NCBI GenBank assembly: GCA_964016885.1
Contig: OZ024740.1
Coordinates: forward strand, 318,556,001 to 318,620,000
Direction of reading: 5' to 3'
DNA: 64,000 bases
Origin: Eledone cirrhosa
Taxonomy: Eukaryota
Part shown: in pieces, positions 1 through 14,500 of the stretch
Layout of the letters: each line of letters starts with the position of its first letter
Numbering within the stretch: position 1 is the stretch's first letter
Program-made: the position numbers and the translations under genes
The notes under the pieces: generated by a model
Told to the model about the DNA's origin: nothing
Database searches by the model: none
What the model saw: the letters and a program-made list of their open reading frames with translations, nothing else

Positions 1-6
1 ACAAAT

Positions 7-17
7 AATCCAGGATT
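7..17. other. Interrupted palindrome AATCC-A-GGATT in the monomer (first instance; present in most monomers)
   Basis: AATCC is the reverse complement of GGATT. Variants extend the dyad to 15 bp (ACAATCCAGGATTGT, 409-423) and 19 bp (AAACAATCCAGGATTGTTT, 49394-49412). Function unknown. Confidence 0.8.
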
Positions 18-899
18 GTCTCGTCTATCTCCAGACATTACATTCTATCTGACATTCTAACGACTCTACCAGTTCGCTGTATTTCTACTACAATACTAAC
101 TCCAAATAATCCAGGATTGTCTCGTCTATTTCCACAACTTACATTCTATCTGACATTCTAACGACTCTACCTATTCGCTGTATTTCTACTACAATACTCA
201 CAACAGATAATCCAGCATTGTCTCGTCTATTTCCACAACTCACATTCTATCTGACATTCTAACGACTCTACCAATTCGCTGTATTTCTACTACAATACTC
301 ACAACAAATAAACCAGTATCGTCTCGTCTATTTCCACAACTTACATTCTATCTTACATACTAACGACTCTACCAATTCGAAGTCTTTCTACTACAATACT
401 AACTTTAAACAATCCAGGATTGTCTCCTCTATTTCCACAACTTACATTCTATCTGACATTCTAACGACTCTACCCATTCGCTGTATTTCTACTACAATAC
501 TAAATTTAAATAATCCATATTGTCTCGTCTATTTCCACAACTTACATTCTATCTGATATTCTAACGACTCTACCAATTCGAAGTCTTTCTACTACAATAC
601 TAACTTTAAATAATCCAGGATTGTCTCCTCTATTTCCACAACTTACATTCTATCTGACATTCTAACGACTCTACCAATTCGATGTGTTTCTACTACAATA
701 CTCACAACAAATAATCCAGGATTGTCTCGTCTATCTCCAGACCTTACATTCTATCTAACATTCTAACGACTCTACCAGTTCGCTGTATTTCTACTACAAT
801 ACTAACTTTAAACAATCCAGGATTGTCTCCTCTATTTCCACAACTTACATTCTATCTGACATTCTAACGACTCTACCCATTCGCTGTATTTCTACTACA

Positions 900-3800
900 A
901 TACTAACTTCAAATAATCCAGGATTGTCTTATCTATTTCCACAACTTACATTCTATCTGATATTCGAACGAATCTATCAATTCGAAGTCTTTCTACTACA
1001 ATACTAACGCCAAATAATCCAGGATTGTCTCGTCTATTTCCACAACTTACTTTCTATCTGACATTCTAACGACTCTTCCAATTCGAAGTCTTTCTACTAC
1101 AATACTCACAACAAATATTCCAGGATTGTCTGGTCTATTTCCACAACTTACATTCTATCTGACATTCTAACGACTCTACCAATTCGAAGTCTTTCTACTA
1201 CAATACTAACTTTAAATAATCCAGGATTGTCTCCTCTATTTCAACAACTTACATTCTATCTTACGTTCTAACGACTCTACGAATCCGATGTGTTTCTACT
1301 ATAATACTCACAACAAATAATCCAGGATTGTCTCGTCTATCTCCAGACATTACATTCTATCTGACATTCTAACAACTCTACCAGTTCGCTGTATTTCTAC
1401 TACAATACTAACTCCAAATAATCCAGGATTGTCTCGTCTATTTCCACAACTTACATTCTATCTGACATTCTAACGACTCTACCTATTAGCTGTATTTCTA
1501 CTACAATACTAACAACAAATAATCCAGCATTGTCTCGTCTATTTCCACAACTCACATTCTATCTGACATTCTAACGACTCTTCCAATTCGAAGTCTTTCT
1601 ACTACAATACTCACAACAAATATTCCAGGATTGTCTGGTCTATTTCCACAACTTACATTCTATCTGACATTCTAACGACTCTACCAATTCGAAGTCTTTC
1701 TACTACAATACTAACTTTAAATAATCCAGGATTGTCTCCTCTATTTCCACAACTTACATATTATCTGAAATTCTAACGACTCTACCAATTCGATGTCTTT
1801 CTACTACAATTCTCACAACAAATAATCCAGGTTTGTATAGTCTATTTCTACAACTTAAATTCTATCTGACATTCTAACGACTCTACCAATTAGAAGTCTT
1901 TCTGCTACAATACTCACAACAAATAATCCAGCATTGTCTCGTCTATTTCCACAACTCACATTCTATCTGACATTCTAAAGACTCTACCAATTCGCTGTAT
2001 TTCTACTACAATACTAACTTCAAATAATCCAGGATTGTCTCGTCTATTTCCACAACTTACATTCTATCTGACATTCTAACGACTCTACCAATTCGAAGTC
2101 TTTCTACTACAATACTAACTTTAAATAATCCAGGATTGTCTCCTCTATTTCAACAACTTACATTCTATCTTACGTTCTAACGACTCTACGAATCCGATGT
2201 GTTTCTACTATAATACTCACAACAAATAATCCAGGATTGTCTCGTCTATCTCCAGACATTACATTCTATCTGACATTCTAACGACTCTACCAGTTCGCTG
2301 TATTTCTACTACAATACTAACTCCAAATAATCCAGGATTGTCTCGTCTATTTCCACAACTTACATTCTATCTGACATTCTAACGACTCTACCTATTCGCT
2401 GTATTTCTACTACAATACTCACAACAAATAATCCAGCATTGTCTCGTCTATTTCCACAACTCACATTCTATCTGACATTCTAACGACTCTACCAATTCGC
2501 TGTATTTCTACTACAATACTAACGTCAAATAATCCAGGATTGTCTCGTCCATTTCCACAACTTACGTTCTATCTGACATTCTAACGACTCTACCAATTCG
2601 AAGTCTATCTATTACAATACTAACAACAAATAATCTAGGATTGTCTCGTCTATTTCCACAACTTACATTCTATCTGACATTCTAACGACTCTACCAATTC
2701 GAAGTCTTTCTACTACAATACTCACAACAAATAATCCAGGATTGTCTCATCTATTTCCACACCTTACATTCTATCTGACATTCTAACGACTCGACCCATT
2801 CGCTGTATTTCTACTACAATACTAACTTCAAATAATCCAGGATTGTCACGTCTATCTCCACACCTTACATTCCATCTGACATTCTAACGACTCTACCAGT
2901 TCGCTGTATTTCTACTACAATACTCACAACAAATAAACCAGTATCGTCTCGTCTATTTCCACAACTTACATTCTATCTTACATACTAACGACTCTACCAA
3001 TTCGAAGTCTTTCTACTACAATACTAACTTTAAATAATCCAGGATTGTCTTATCTATTTCCACAACTTACATTCTATCTGATATTCGAACGAATCTATCA
3101 ATTCGAAGTCTTTCTACTACAATACTAACGCCAAATAATCCAGGATTGTCTCGTCTATTTCCACAACTTACTTTCTATCTGACATTCTAACGACTCTTCC
3201 AATTCGAAGTCTTTCTACTACAATACTCACAACAAATATTCCAGGATTGTCTGGTCTATTTCCACAACTTACATTCTATCTGACATTCTAACGACTCTAC
3301 CAATTCGAAGTCTTTCTACTACAATACTAACTTTAAATAATCCAGGATTGTCTCCTCTATTTCAACAACTTACATTCTATCTTACGTTCTAACGACTCTA
3401 CGAATCCGATGTGTTTCTACTATAATACTCACAACAAATAATCCAGGATTGTCTCGTCTATCTCCAGACATTACATTCTATCTGACATTCTAACAACTCT
3501 ACCAGTTCGCTGTATTTCTACTACAATACTAACTCCAAATAATCCAGGATTGTCTCGTCTATTTCCACAACTTACATTCTATCTGACATTCTAACGACTC
3601 TACCTATTAGCTGTATTTCTACTACAATACTAACAACAAATAATCCAGCATTGTCTCGTCTATTTCCACAACTCACATTCTATCTGACATTCTAACGACT
3701 CTTCCAATTCGAAGTCTTTCTACTACAATACTCACAACAAATATTCCAGGATTGTCTGGTCTATTTCCACAACTTACATTCTATCTGACATTCTAACGAC

Positions 3801-5150
3801 TCTACCAATTCGAAGTCTTTCTACTACAATACTAACTTTAAATAATCCAGGATTGTCTCCTCTATTTCCACAACTTACATATTATCTGAAATTCTAACGA
3901 CTCTACCAATTCGATGTCTTTCTACTACAATTCTCACAACAAATAATCCAGGTTTGTATAGTCTATTTCTACAACTTAAATTCTATCTGACATTCTAACG
4001 ACTCTACCAATTAGAAGTCTTTCTGCTACAATACTCACAACAAATAATCCAGCATTGTCTCGTCTATTTCCACAACTCACATTCTATCTGACATTCTAAA
4101 GACTCTACCAATTCGCTGTATTTCTACTACAATACTAACTTCAAATAATCCAGGATTGTCTCGTCTATTTCCACAACTTACATTCTATCTGACATTCTAA
4201 CGACTCTACCAATTCGAAGTCTTTCTACTACAATACTAACTTTAAATAATCCAGGATTGTCTCCTCTATTTCAACAACTTACATTCTATCTTACGTTCTA
4301 ACGACTCTACGAATCCGATGTGTTTCTACTATAATACTCACAACAAATAATCCAGGATTGTCTCGTCTATCTCCAGACATTACATTCTATCTGACATTCT
4401 AACGACTCTACCAGTTCGCTGTATTTCTACTACAATACTAACTCCAAATAATCCAGGATTGTCTCGTCTATTTCCACAACTTACATTCTATCTGACATTC
4501 TAACGACTCTACCTATTCGCTGTATTTCTACTACAATACTCACAACAAATAATCCAGCATTGTCTCGTCTATTTCCACAACTCACATTCTATCTGACATT
4601 CTAACGACTCTACCAATTCGCTGTATTTCTACTACAATACTAACGTCAAATAATCCAGGATTGTCTCGTCCATTTCCACAACTTACGTTCTATCTGACAT
4701 TCTAACGACTCTACCAATTCGAAGTCTATCTATTACAATACTAACAACAAATAATCTAGGATTGTCTCGTCTATTTCCACAACTTACATTCTATCTGACA
4801 TTCTAACGACTCTACCAATTCGAAGTCTTTCTACTACAATACTCACAACAAATAATCCAGGATTGTCTCATCTATTTCCACACCTTACATTCTATCTGAC
4901 ATTCTAACGACTCGACCCATTCGCTGTATTTCTACTACAATACTAACTTCAAATAATCCAGGATTGTCACGTCTATCTCCACACCTTACATTCCATCTGA
5001 CATTCTAACGACTCTACCAGTTCGCTGTATTTCTACTACAATACTCACAACAAATAAACCAGTATCGTCTCGTCTATTTCCACAACTTACATTCTATCTT
5101 ACATACTAACGACTCTACCAATTCGAAGTCTTTCTACTACAATACTAACT
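900..5150 (+). repeat. 21-monomer HOR (2121 bp), 2 near-identical copies
   Basis: Marker TATTCGAACGAATCTATCAA at 961 and 3082; marker GTTTGTATAG at 1831 and 3952. Both pairs are 2121 bp (21x101) apart. Confidence 0.88.
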
Positions 5151-6799
5151 TTAAACAATCCAGGATTGTCTCCTCTATTTCCACACCTTACATTCTATCT
5201 GACATTCTAACGACTCTACCCATTCGCTGTATTTCTACTACAATACTAACTTTAAATAATCCATATTGTCTCGTCTATTTCCACAACTTACATTCTATCT
5301 GATATTCTAACGACTCTACCAATTCGAAGTCTTTCTACTACAATACTAACTTTAAATAATCCAGGATTGTCTCCTCTATTTCCACAACTTACATTCTATC
5401 TGACATTCTAACGACTCTACCAATTCGATGTGTTTCTACTACAATACTCACAACAAATAATCCAGGATTGTCTCGTCTATCTCCAGACCTTACATTCTAT
5501 CTAACATTCTAACGACTCTACCAGTTCGCTGTATTTCTACTACAATACTAACTTTAAACAATCCAGGATTGTCTCCTCTATTTCCACAACTTACATTCTA
5601 TCTGACATTCTAACGACTCTACCCATTCGCTGTATTTCTACTACAATACTAACTTCAAATAATCCAGGATTGTCTTATCTATTTCCACAACTTACATTCT
5701 ATCTGATATTCGAACGAATCTACCAATTCGAAGTCTTTCTACTACAATACTAACGCCAAATAATCCAGGATTGTCTCGTCTATTTCCACAACTTACTTTC
5801 TATCTGACATTCTAACGACTCTTCCAATTCGAAGTCTTTCTACTACAATACTCACAACAAATATTCCAGGATTGTCTGGTCTATTTCCACAACTTACATT
5901 CTATCTGACATTCTAACGACTCTACCAATTCGAAGTCTTTCTACTACAATACTAACTTTAAATAATCCAGGATTGTCTCCACTATTTCCACAACTTACAT
6001 ATTATCTGAAATTCTAACGACTCTACCAATTCGATGTCTTTCTACTACAATTCTCACAACAAATAATCCAGGTTTGTATAGTCTATTTCTACAACTTAAA
6101 TTCTATCTGACATTCTAACGACTCTACCAATTAGAAGTCTTTCTGCTACAATACTCACAACAAATAATCCAGCATTGTCTCGTCTATTTCCACAACTCAC
6201 ATTCTATCTGACATTCTAAAGACTCTACCAATTCGCTGTATTTCTACTACAATACTAACGCCAAATAATCCAGGATTGTCTCGTCTATTTCCACAACTTA
6301 CTTTCTATCTGACATTCTAACGACTCTTCCAATTCGAAGTCTTTCTACTACAATACTCACAACAAATATTCCAGGATTGTCTGGTCTATTTCCACAACTT
6401 ACATTCTATCTGACATTCTAACGACTCTACCAATTCGAAGTCTTTCTACTACAATACTAACTTTAAATAATCCAGGATTGTCTCCTCTATTTCAACAACT
6501 TACATTCTATCTTACGTTCTAACGACTCTACGAATCCGATGTGTTTCTACTATAATACTCACAACAAATAATCCAGGATTGTCTCGTCTATCTCCAGACA
6601 TTACATTCTATCTGACATTCTAACGACTCTACCAGTTCGCTGTATTTCTACTACAATACTAACTCCAAATAATCCAGGATTGTCTCGTCTATTTCCACAA
6701 CTTACATTCTATCTGACATTCTAACGACTCTACCTATTCGCTGTATTTCTACTACAATACTAACAACAAATAATCCAGCATTGTCTCGTCTATTTCCAC

Positions 6800-9700
6800 A
6801 ACTCACATTCTATCTGACATTCTAACGACTCTTCCAATTCGAAGTCTTTCTACTACAATACTCACAACAAATATTCCAGGATTGTCTGGTCTATTTCCAC
6901 AACTTACATTCTATCTGACATTCTAACGACTCTACCAATTCGAAGTCTTTCTACTACAATACTAACTTTAAATAATCCAGGATTGTCTCCTCTATTTCCA
7001 CAACTTACATATTATCTGAAATTCTAACGACTCTACCAATTCGATGTCTTTCTACTACAATTCTCACAACAAATAATCCAGGTTTGTATAGTCTATTTCT
7101 ACAACTTAAATTCTATCTGACATTCTAACGACTCTACCAATTAGAAGTCTTTCTGCTACAATACTCACAACAAATAATCCAGCATTGTCTCGTCTATTTC
7201 CACAACTCACATTCTATCTGACATTCTAAAGACTCTACCAATTCGCTGTATTTCTACTACAATACTAACTTCAAATAATCCAGGATTGTCTCGTCTATTT
7301 CCACAACTTACATTCTATCTGACATTCTAACGACTCTACCAGTTCGCTGTATTTCTACTACAATACTAACTCCAAATAATCCAGGATTGTCTCGTCTATT
7401 TCCACAACATACATTCTATCTGACATTCTAACGACTCTACCTATTCGCTGTATTTCTACTACAATACTCACAACAAATAATCCAGCATTGTCTCGTCTAT
7501 TTCCACAACTCACATTCTATCTGACATTCTAACGACTCTACCAATTCGCTGTATTTCTACTACAATACTAACGTCAAATAATCCAGGATTGTCTCGTCCA
7601 TTTCCACAACTTACGTTCTATCTGACATTCTAACGACTCTACCAATTCGAAGTCTATCTATTACAATACTAACAACAAATAATCTAGGATTGTCTCGTCT
7701 ATTTCCACAACTTACATTCTATCTGACATTCTAACGACTCTACCAATTCGAAGTCTTTCTACTACAATACTCACAACAAATAATCCAGGATTGTCTCATC
7801 TATTTCCACACCTTACATTCTATCTGACATTCTAACGACTCGACCCATTCGCTGTATTTCTACTACAATACTAACTTCAAATAATCCAGGATTGTCACGT
7901 CTATCTCCACACCTTACATTCCATCTGACATTCTAACGACTCTACCAGTTCGCTGTATTTCTACTACAATACTCACAACAAATAAACCAGTATCGTCTCG
8001 TCTATTTCCACAACTTACATTCTATCTTACATACTAACGACTCTACCAATTCGAAGTCTTTCTACTACAATACTAACTTTAAACAATCCAGGATTGTCTC
8101 CTCTATTTCCACAACTTACATTCTATCTGACATTCTAACGACTCTACCCATTCGCTGTATTTCTACTACAATACTAACTTTAAATAATCCATATTGTCTC
8201 GTCTATTTCCACAACTTACATTCTATCTGATATTCTAACGACTCTACCAATTCGAAGTCTTTCTACTACAATACTAACTTTAAATAATCCAGGATTGTCT
8301 CCTCTATTTCCACAACTTACATTCTATCTGACATTCTAACGACTCTACCAATTCGATGTGTTTCTACTACAATACTCACAACAAATAATCCAGGATTGTC
8401 TCGTCTATCTCCAGACCTTACATTCTATCTAACATTCTAACGACTCTACCAGTTCGCTGTATTTCTACTACAATACTAACTTTAAACAATCCAGGATTGT
8501 CTCCTCTATTTCCACAACTTACATTCTATCTGACATTCTAACGACTCTACCCATTCGCTGTATTTCTACTACAATACTAACTTCAAATAATCCAGGATTG
8601 TCTTATCTATTTCCACAACTTACATTCTATCTGATATTCGAACGAATCTACCAATTCGAAGTCTTTCTACTACAATACTAACGCCAAATAATCCAGGATT
8701 GTCTCGTCTATTTCCACAACTTACTTTCTATCTGACATTCTAACGACTCTTCCAATTCGAAGTCTTTCTACTACAATACTCACAACAAATATTCCAGGAT
8801 TGTCTGGTCTATTTCCACAACTTACATTCTATCTGACATTCTAACGACTCTACCAATTCGAAGTCTTTCTACTACAATACTAACTTTAAATAATCCAGGA
8901 TTGTCTCCTCTATTTCCACAACTTACATATTATCTGAAATTCTAACGACTCTACCAATTCGATGTCTTTCTACTACAATTCTCACAACAAATAATCCAGG
9001 TTTGTATAGTCTATTTCTACAACTTAAATTCTATCTGACATTCTAACGACTCTACCAATTAGAAGTCTTTCTGCTACAATACTCACAACAAATAATCCAG
9101 CATTGTCTCGTCTATTTCCACAACTCACATTCTATCTGACATTCTAAAGACTCTACCAATTCGCTGTATTTCTACTACAATACTAACTTCAAATAATCCA
9201 GGATTGTCTCGTCTATTTCCACAACTTACATTCTATCTGACATTCTAACGACTCTACCAGTTCGCTGTATTTCTACTACAATACTAACTCCAAATAATCC
9301 AGGATTGTCTCGTCTATTTCCACAACATACATTCTATCTGACATTCTAACGACTCTACCTATTCGCTGTATTTCTACTACAATACTCACAACAAATAATC
9401 CAGCATTGTCTCGTCTATTTCCACAACTCACATTCTATCTGACATTCTAACGACTCTACCAATTCGCTGTATTTCTACTACAATACTAACGTCAAATAAT
9501 CCAGGATTGTCTCGTCCATTTCCACAACTTACGTTCTATCTGACATTCTAACGACTCTACCAATTCGAAGTCTATCTATTACAATACTAACAACAAATAA
9601 TCTAGGATTGTCTCGTCTATTTCCACAACTTACATTCTATCTGACATTCTAACGACTCTACCAATTCGAAGTCTTTCTACTACAATACTCACAACAAATA

Positions 9701-11150
9701 ATCCAGGATTGTCTCATCTATTTCCACACCTTACATTCTATCTGACATTCTAACGACTCGACCCATTCGCTGTATTTCTACTACAATACTAACTTCAAAT
9801 AATCCAGGATTGTCACGTCTATCTCCACACCTTACATTCCATCTGACATTCTAACGACTCTACCAGTTCGCTGTATTTCTACTACAATACTCACAACAAA
9901 TAAACCAGTATCGTCTCGTCTATTTCCACAACTTACATTCTATCTTACATACTAACGACTCTACCAATTCGAAGTCTTTCTACTACAATACTAACTTTAA
10001 ACAATCCAGGATTGTCTCCTCTATTTCCACAACTTACATTCTATCTGACATTCTAACGACTCTACCCATTCGCTGTATTTCTACTACAATACTAACTTTA
10101 AATAATCCATATTGTCTCGTCTATTTCCACAACTTACATTCTATCTGATATTCTAACGACTCTACCAATTCGAAGTCTTTCTACTACAATACTAACTTTA
10201 AATAATCCAGGATTGTCTCCTCTATTTCCACAACTTACATTCTATCTGACATTCTAACGACTCTACCAATTCGATGTGTTTCTACTACAATACTCACAAC
10301 AAATAATCCAGGATTGTCTCGTCTATCTCCAGACCTTACATTCTATCTAACATTCTAACGACTCTACCAGTTCGCTGTATTTCTACTACAATACTAACTT
10401 TAAACAATCCAGGATTGTCTCCTCTATTTCCACAACTTACATTCTATCTGACATTCTAACGACTCTACCCATTCGCTGTATTTCTACTACAATACTAACT
10501 TCAAATAATCCAGGATTGTCTTATCTATTTCCACAACTTACATTCTATCTGATATTCGAACGAATCTACCAATTCGAAGTCTTTCTACTACAATACTAAC
10601 GCCAAATAATCCAGGATTGTCTCGTCTATTTCCACAACTTACTTTCTATCTGACATTCTAACGACTCTTCCAATTCGAAGTCTTTCTACTACAATACTCA
10701 CAACAAATATTCCAGGATTGTCTGGTCTATTTCCACAACTTACATTCTATCTGACATTCTAACGACTCTACCAATTCGAAGTCTTTCTACTACAATACTA
10801 ACTTTAAATAATCCAGGATTGTCTCCTCTATTTCCACAACTTACATATTATCTGAAATTCTAACGACTCTACCAATTCGATGTCTTTCTACTACAATTCT
10901 CACAACAAATAATCCAGGTTTGTATAGTCTATTTCTACAACTTAAATTCTATCTGACATTCTAACGACTCTACCAATTAGAAGTCTTTCTGCTACAATAC
11001 TCACAACAAATAATCCAGCATTGTCTCGTCTATTTCCACAACTCACATTCTATCTGACATTCTAAAGACTCTACCAATTCGCTGTATTTCTACTACAATA
11101 CTAACTTCAAATAATCCAGGATTGTCTCGTCTATTTCCACAACTTACATT
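6800..11150 (+). repeat. 19-monomer HOR (1918 bp), ~2.3 copies
   Basis: GTTTGTATAG at 7082, 9000 and 10918 (1918 spacing); TATTCGAACGAATC at 8635 and 10553 (1918 = 19x101-1, the unit contains one 100-bp CCATATTG monomer). Confidence 0.88.
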
Positions 11151-11529
11151 CTCTCTGACATTCTAACGACTCTACCAATTCGAAGTTTTTCTACTACAAT
11201 GCTAACAACAAATAATCTAGGATTGTCTCGTCTATTTCCACAACTTACATTCTATCTGACATTCTAACGACTCTACCAATTCGAAGTCTTTCTACTACAA
11301 TACTCACAACAAATAATCCAGGATTGTCTCATCTATTTCCACACCTTACATTCTATCTGACATTCTAACGACTCGACCCATTCGCTGTATTTCTACTACA
11401 ATACTAACTTCAAATAATCCAGGATTGTCACGTCTATCTCCACACCTTACATTCCATCTGACATTCTAACGACTCTACCAGTTCGCTGTATTTCTACTAC
11501 AATACTCACAACAAATAAACCAGTATCGT

Positions 11530-14500
11530 CTCGTCTATTTCCACAACTTACATTCTATCTTACATACTAACGACTCTACCAATTCGAAGTCTTTCTACTA
11601 CAATACTAACTTTAAACAATCCAGGATTGTCTCCTCTATTTCCACAACTTACATTCTATCTGACATTCTAACGACTCTACCCATTCGCTGTATTTCTACT
11701 ACAATACTAACTTTAAATAATCCATATTGTCTCGTCTATTTCCACAACTTACATTCTATCTGATATTCTAACGACTCTACCAATTCGATGTGTTTCTACT
11801 ACAATACTAACTTTAAATAATCCAGGATTGTCTCCTCTATTTCCACAACTTACATTCTATCTGACATTCTAACGACTCTACCAATTCGATGTGTTTCTAC
11901 TACAATACTCACAACAAATAATCCAGGATTGTCTCGTCTATCTCCAGACCTTACATTCTATCTAACATTCTAACGACTCTACCAGTTCGCTGTATTTCTA
12001 CTACAATACTAACTTCAAATAATCCAGGATTGTCTTATCTATTTCCACAACTTACATTCTATCTGATATTCGAACGAATCTACCAATTCGAAGTCTTTCT
12101 ACTACAATACTAACGCCAAATAATCCAGGATTGTCTCGTCTATTTCCACAACTTACTTTCTATCTGACATTCTAACGACTCTTCCAATTCGAAGTCTTTC
12201 TACTACAATACTAACGCCAAATAATCCAGGATTGTCTCGTCTATTTCCACAACTTACTTTCTATCTGACATTCTAACGACTCTTCCAATTCGAAGTCTTT
12301 CTACTACAATACTCACAACAAATAATCCAGGTTTGTATAGTCTATTTCTACAACTTAAATTCTATCTGACATTCTAACGACTCTACCAATTAGAAGTCTT
12401 TCTGCTACAATACTCACAACAAATAATCCAGCATTGTCTCGTCTATTTCCACAACTCACATTCTATCTGACATTCTAAAGACTCTACCAATTCGCTGTAT
12501 TTCTACTACAATACTAACTTCAAATAATCCAGGATTGTCTCGTCTATTTCCACAACTTACATTCTATCTGACTTTCTAACGACTCTACCAATTCGAAGTT
12601 TTTCTACTACAATGCTAACAACAAATAATCTAGGATTGTCTCGTCTATCTCCACAACTTACATTTTCTCTGACATTCTAACGACTCTACCAATTCGATGT
12701 GTTTCTACTACAATACTCACAACAAATAATCCAGGATTGTCTCGTCTATCTCCACAACTTACGTTATATCTGACATTCTAACGACTCTACCAATTCGAAT
12801 TCTTTATATTACAATACTCACAACAAATAATCCACGACTGTCTCGTCTATTTCCACTACTTACATTCTATCTGACATTCTAACGACTCTACCAATTCGAT
12901 GTGTTTCTACTACAATACTCACGACAAATAATCCAGGATTGTCTCGTCTATCTCCAGACCTTACATTCCATCTGACATTCTAACGACTCTACCAGTTCGC
13001 TGTATTTCTACTACAAAACTAACTTCAAATAATCCAGGATTGTCTCGTCTATTTCCACAACTTACATTCTATCTGATATTCTAACGACTCTACCCATTCG
13101 CTGTATTTCTACTACAATACTAACTTCAAATAATCCAGGATTGTCTCGTCTACTTCCACAAGTTACATTGTATCTGATATTCTAACGACTCTACCAATTC
13201 GAAGTCTTTCTACTACAATACTCACAACAAATAATCCAGGATTGTCTCGTCTATTTCCACAACTTACATTCTATCTGGCATTCTAATGACTCTACCAATT
13301 CGCTGTCTTTCTACTACAATACTCACAACAAATAATCCATATTGTCTCGTCTATTTCCACAACTTACATTCTATCTGACATTCAAACGACTCTATCAATT
13401 CGAAGTCTTTCTACTACAATACTAACTTTAAATAATCCAGGATTGTCTCCTCTATTTCCACAATTTACATTTTATCTGAAATTCTAACGACTCTACCAAT
13501 TCGATGTCTTTCTACTACAATACTCACAACAAATAATCCAGGATTGTATAGTCTATTTCTACAACTTACATTCTATCTGACATTCTAACGACTCTACCAA
13601 TTCGAAGTCTTTCTGCTACAATACTCACAACAAATAATCAAGGATTGTCTCGTCTATTTCCACACCTTACATTCTATCTGACATTCTATCGACTCTACCT
13701 ATTCGCTGTATTTCTACTACAATACTCACAACAAATAATCCAGCATTGTCTCGTCTATTTCCACAACTCACATTCTATCTGACATTCTAACGACTCTATC
13801 ACTTCGAATTCTTTATATTACAATACTCACAACAAATAATCCACGACTGTCTCGTCTATTTCCACAACTTACATTCTATCTGACATTCTAACGACTCTAC
13901 CAGTTCGCTGTATTTCAACTACAATACTCACAACAAATAATCCATATTGTCTCGTCTATTTCCACAACTTACATTCTATCTGACATTCAAACGACTCTAT
14001 CAATTCGAAGTCTTTCTACTACAATACTAACGTCAAATAATCCAGGATTGTCTCGTCTATTTCCACAACTTACTTTCTATCTGACATTCTAACGACTCTA
14101 CCAATTCGAAGTCTTTCTACTACAATACTCACAACAAATATTCCAGGATTGTCTCGTCTATATCCACAACTTACATTCTATCTGACATTCTAACGACTCT
14201 ACCAATTCGAAGTCTTTCTACTACAATACTAACTTTAAATAATCCAGGATTGTCTCCTCTATTTCCACAACTTACATACTATCTGACATTCTAACGACTC
14301 TACCTATTCGCTGTATTTCTACTACAATACTCACAACAAATAATCCAGCATTGTCTCGTCTATTTCCACAACTTACATTCTATCTTACATACTAACGACT
14401 CTACCAATTCGAAGTCTTTCTACTACAATACTAACTTTAAACAATCCAGGATTGTCTCCTCTATTTCCACAACTTACATTCTATCTGACATTCTAACGAC

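Noticed and set aside
10-14. CCAGG (Dcm site) repeated per monomer as a bacterial regulatory or iteron array
   Set aside because: A gene-free 64-kb HOR-structured array is not prokaryote-like, and the site is just the centre of the monomer dyad.
73-89. CENP-B box-like TTCG....A motif (TTCGCTGTATTTCTA)
   Set aside because: The canonical box needs TTCGNNNNANNCGGG; the CGGG part is absent in all variants seen.
550-581. Minus-strand TTGGTAGAGTCGTTAGA resembles a tRNA D-loop/anticodon-stem start, and TTCGAA resembles a B box
   Set aside because: The TTCGAA lies upstream rather than downstream, and there is no acceptor stem or cloverleaf. A short chance match is likely; a tRNAscan-SE/Infernal hit on the dimer consensus would be needed to revive it.
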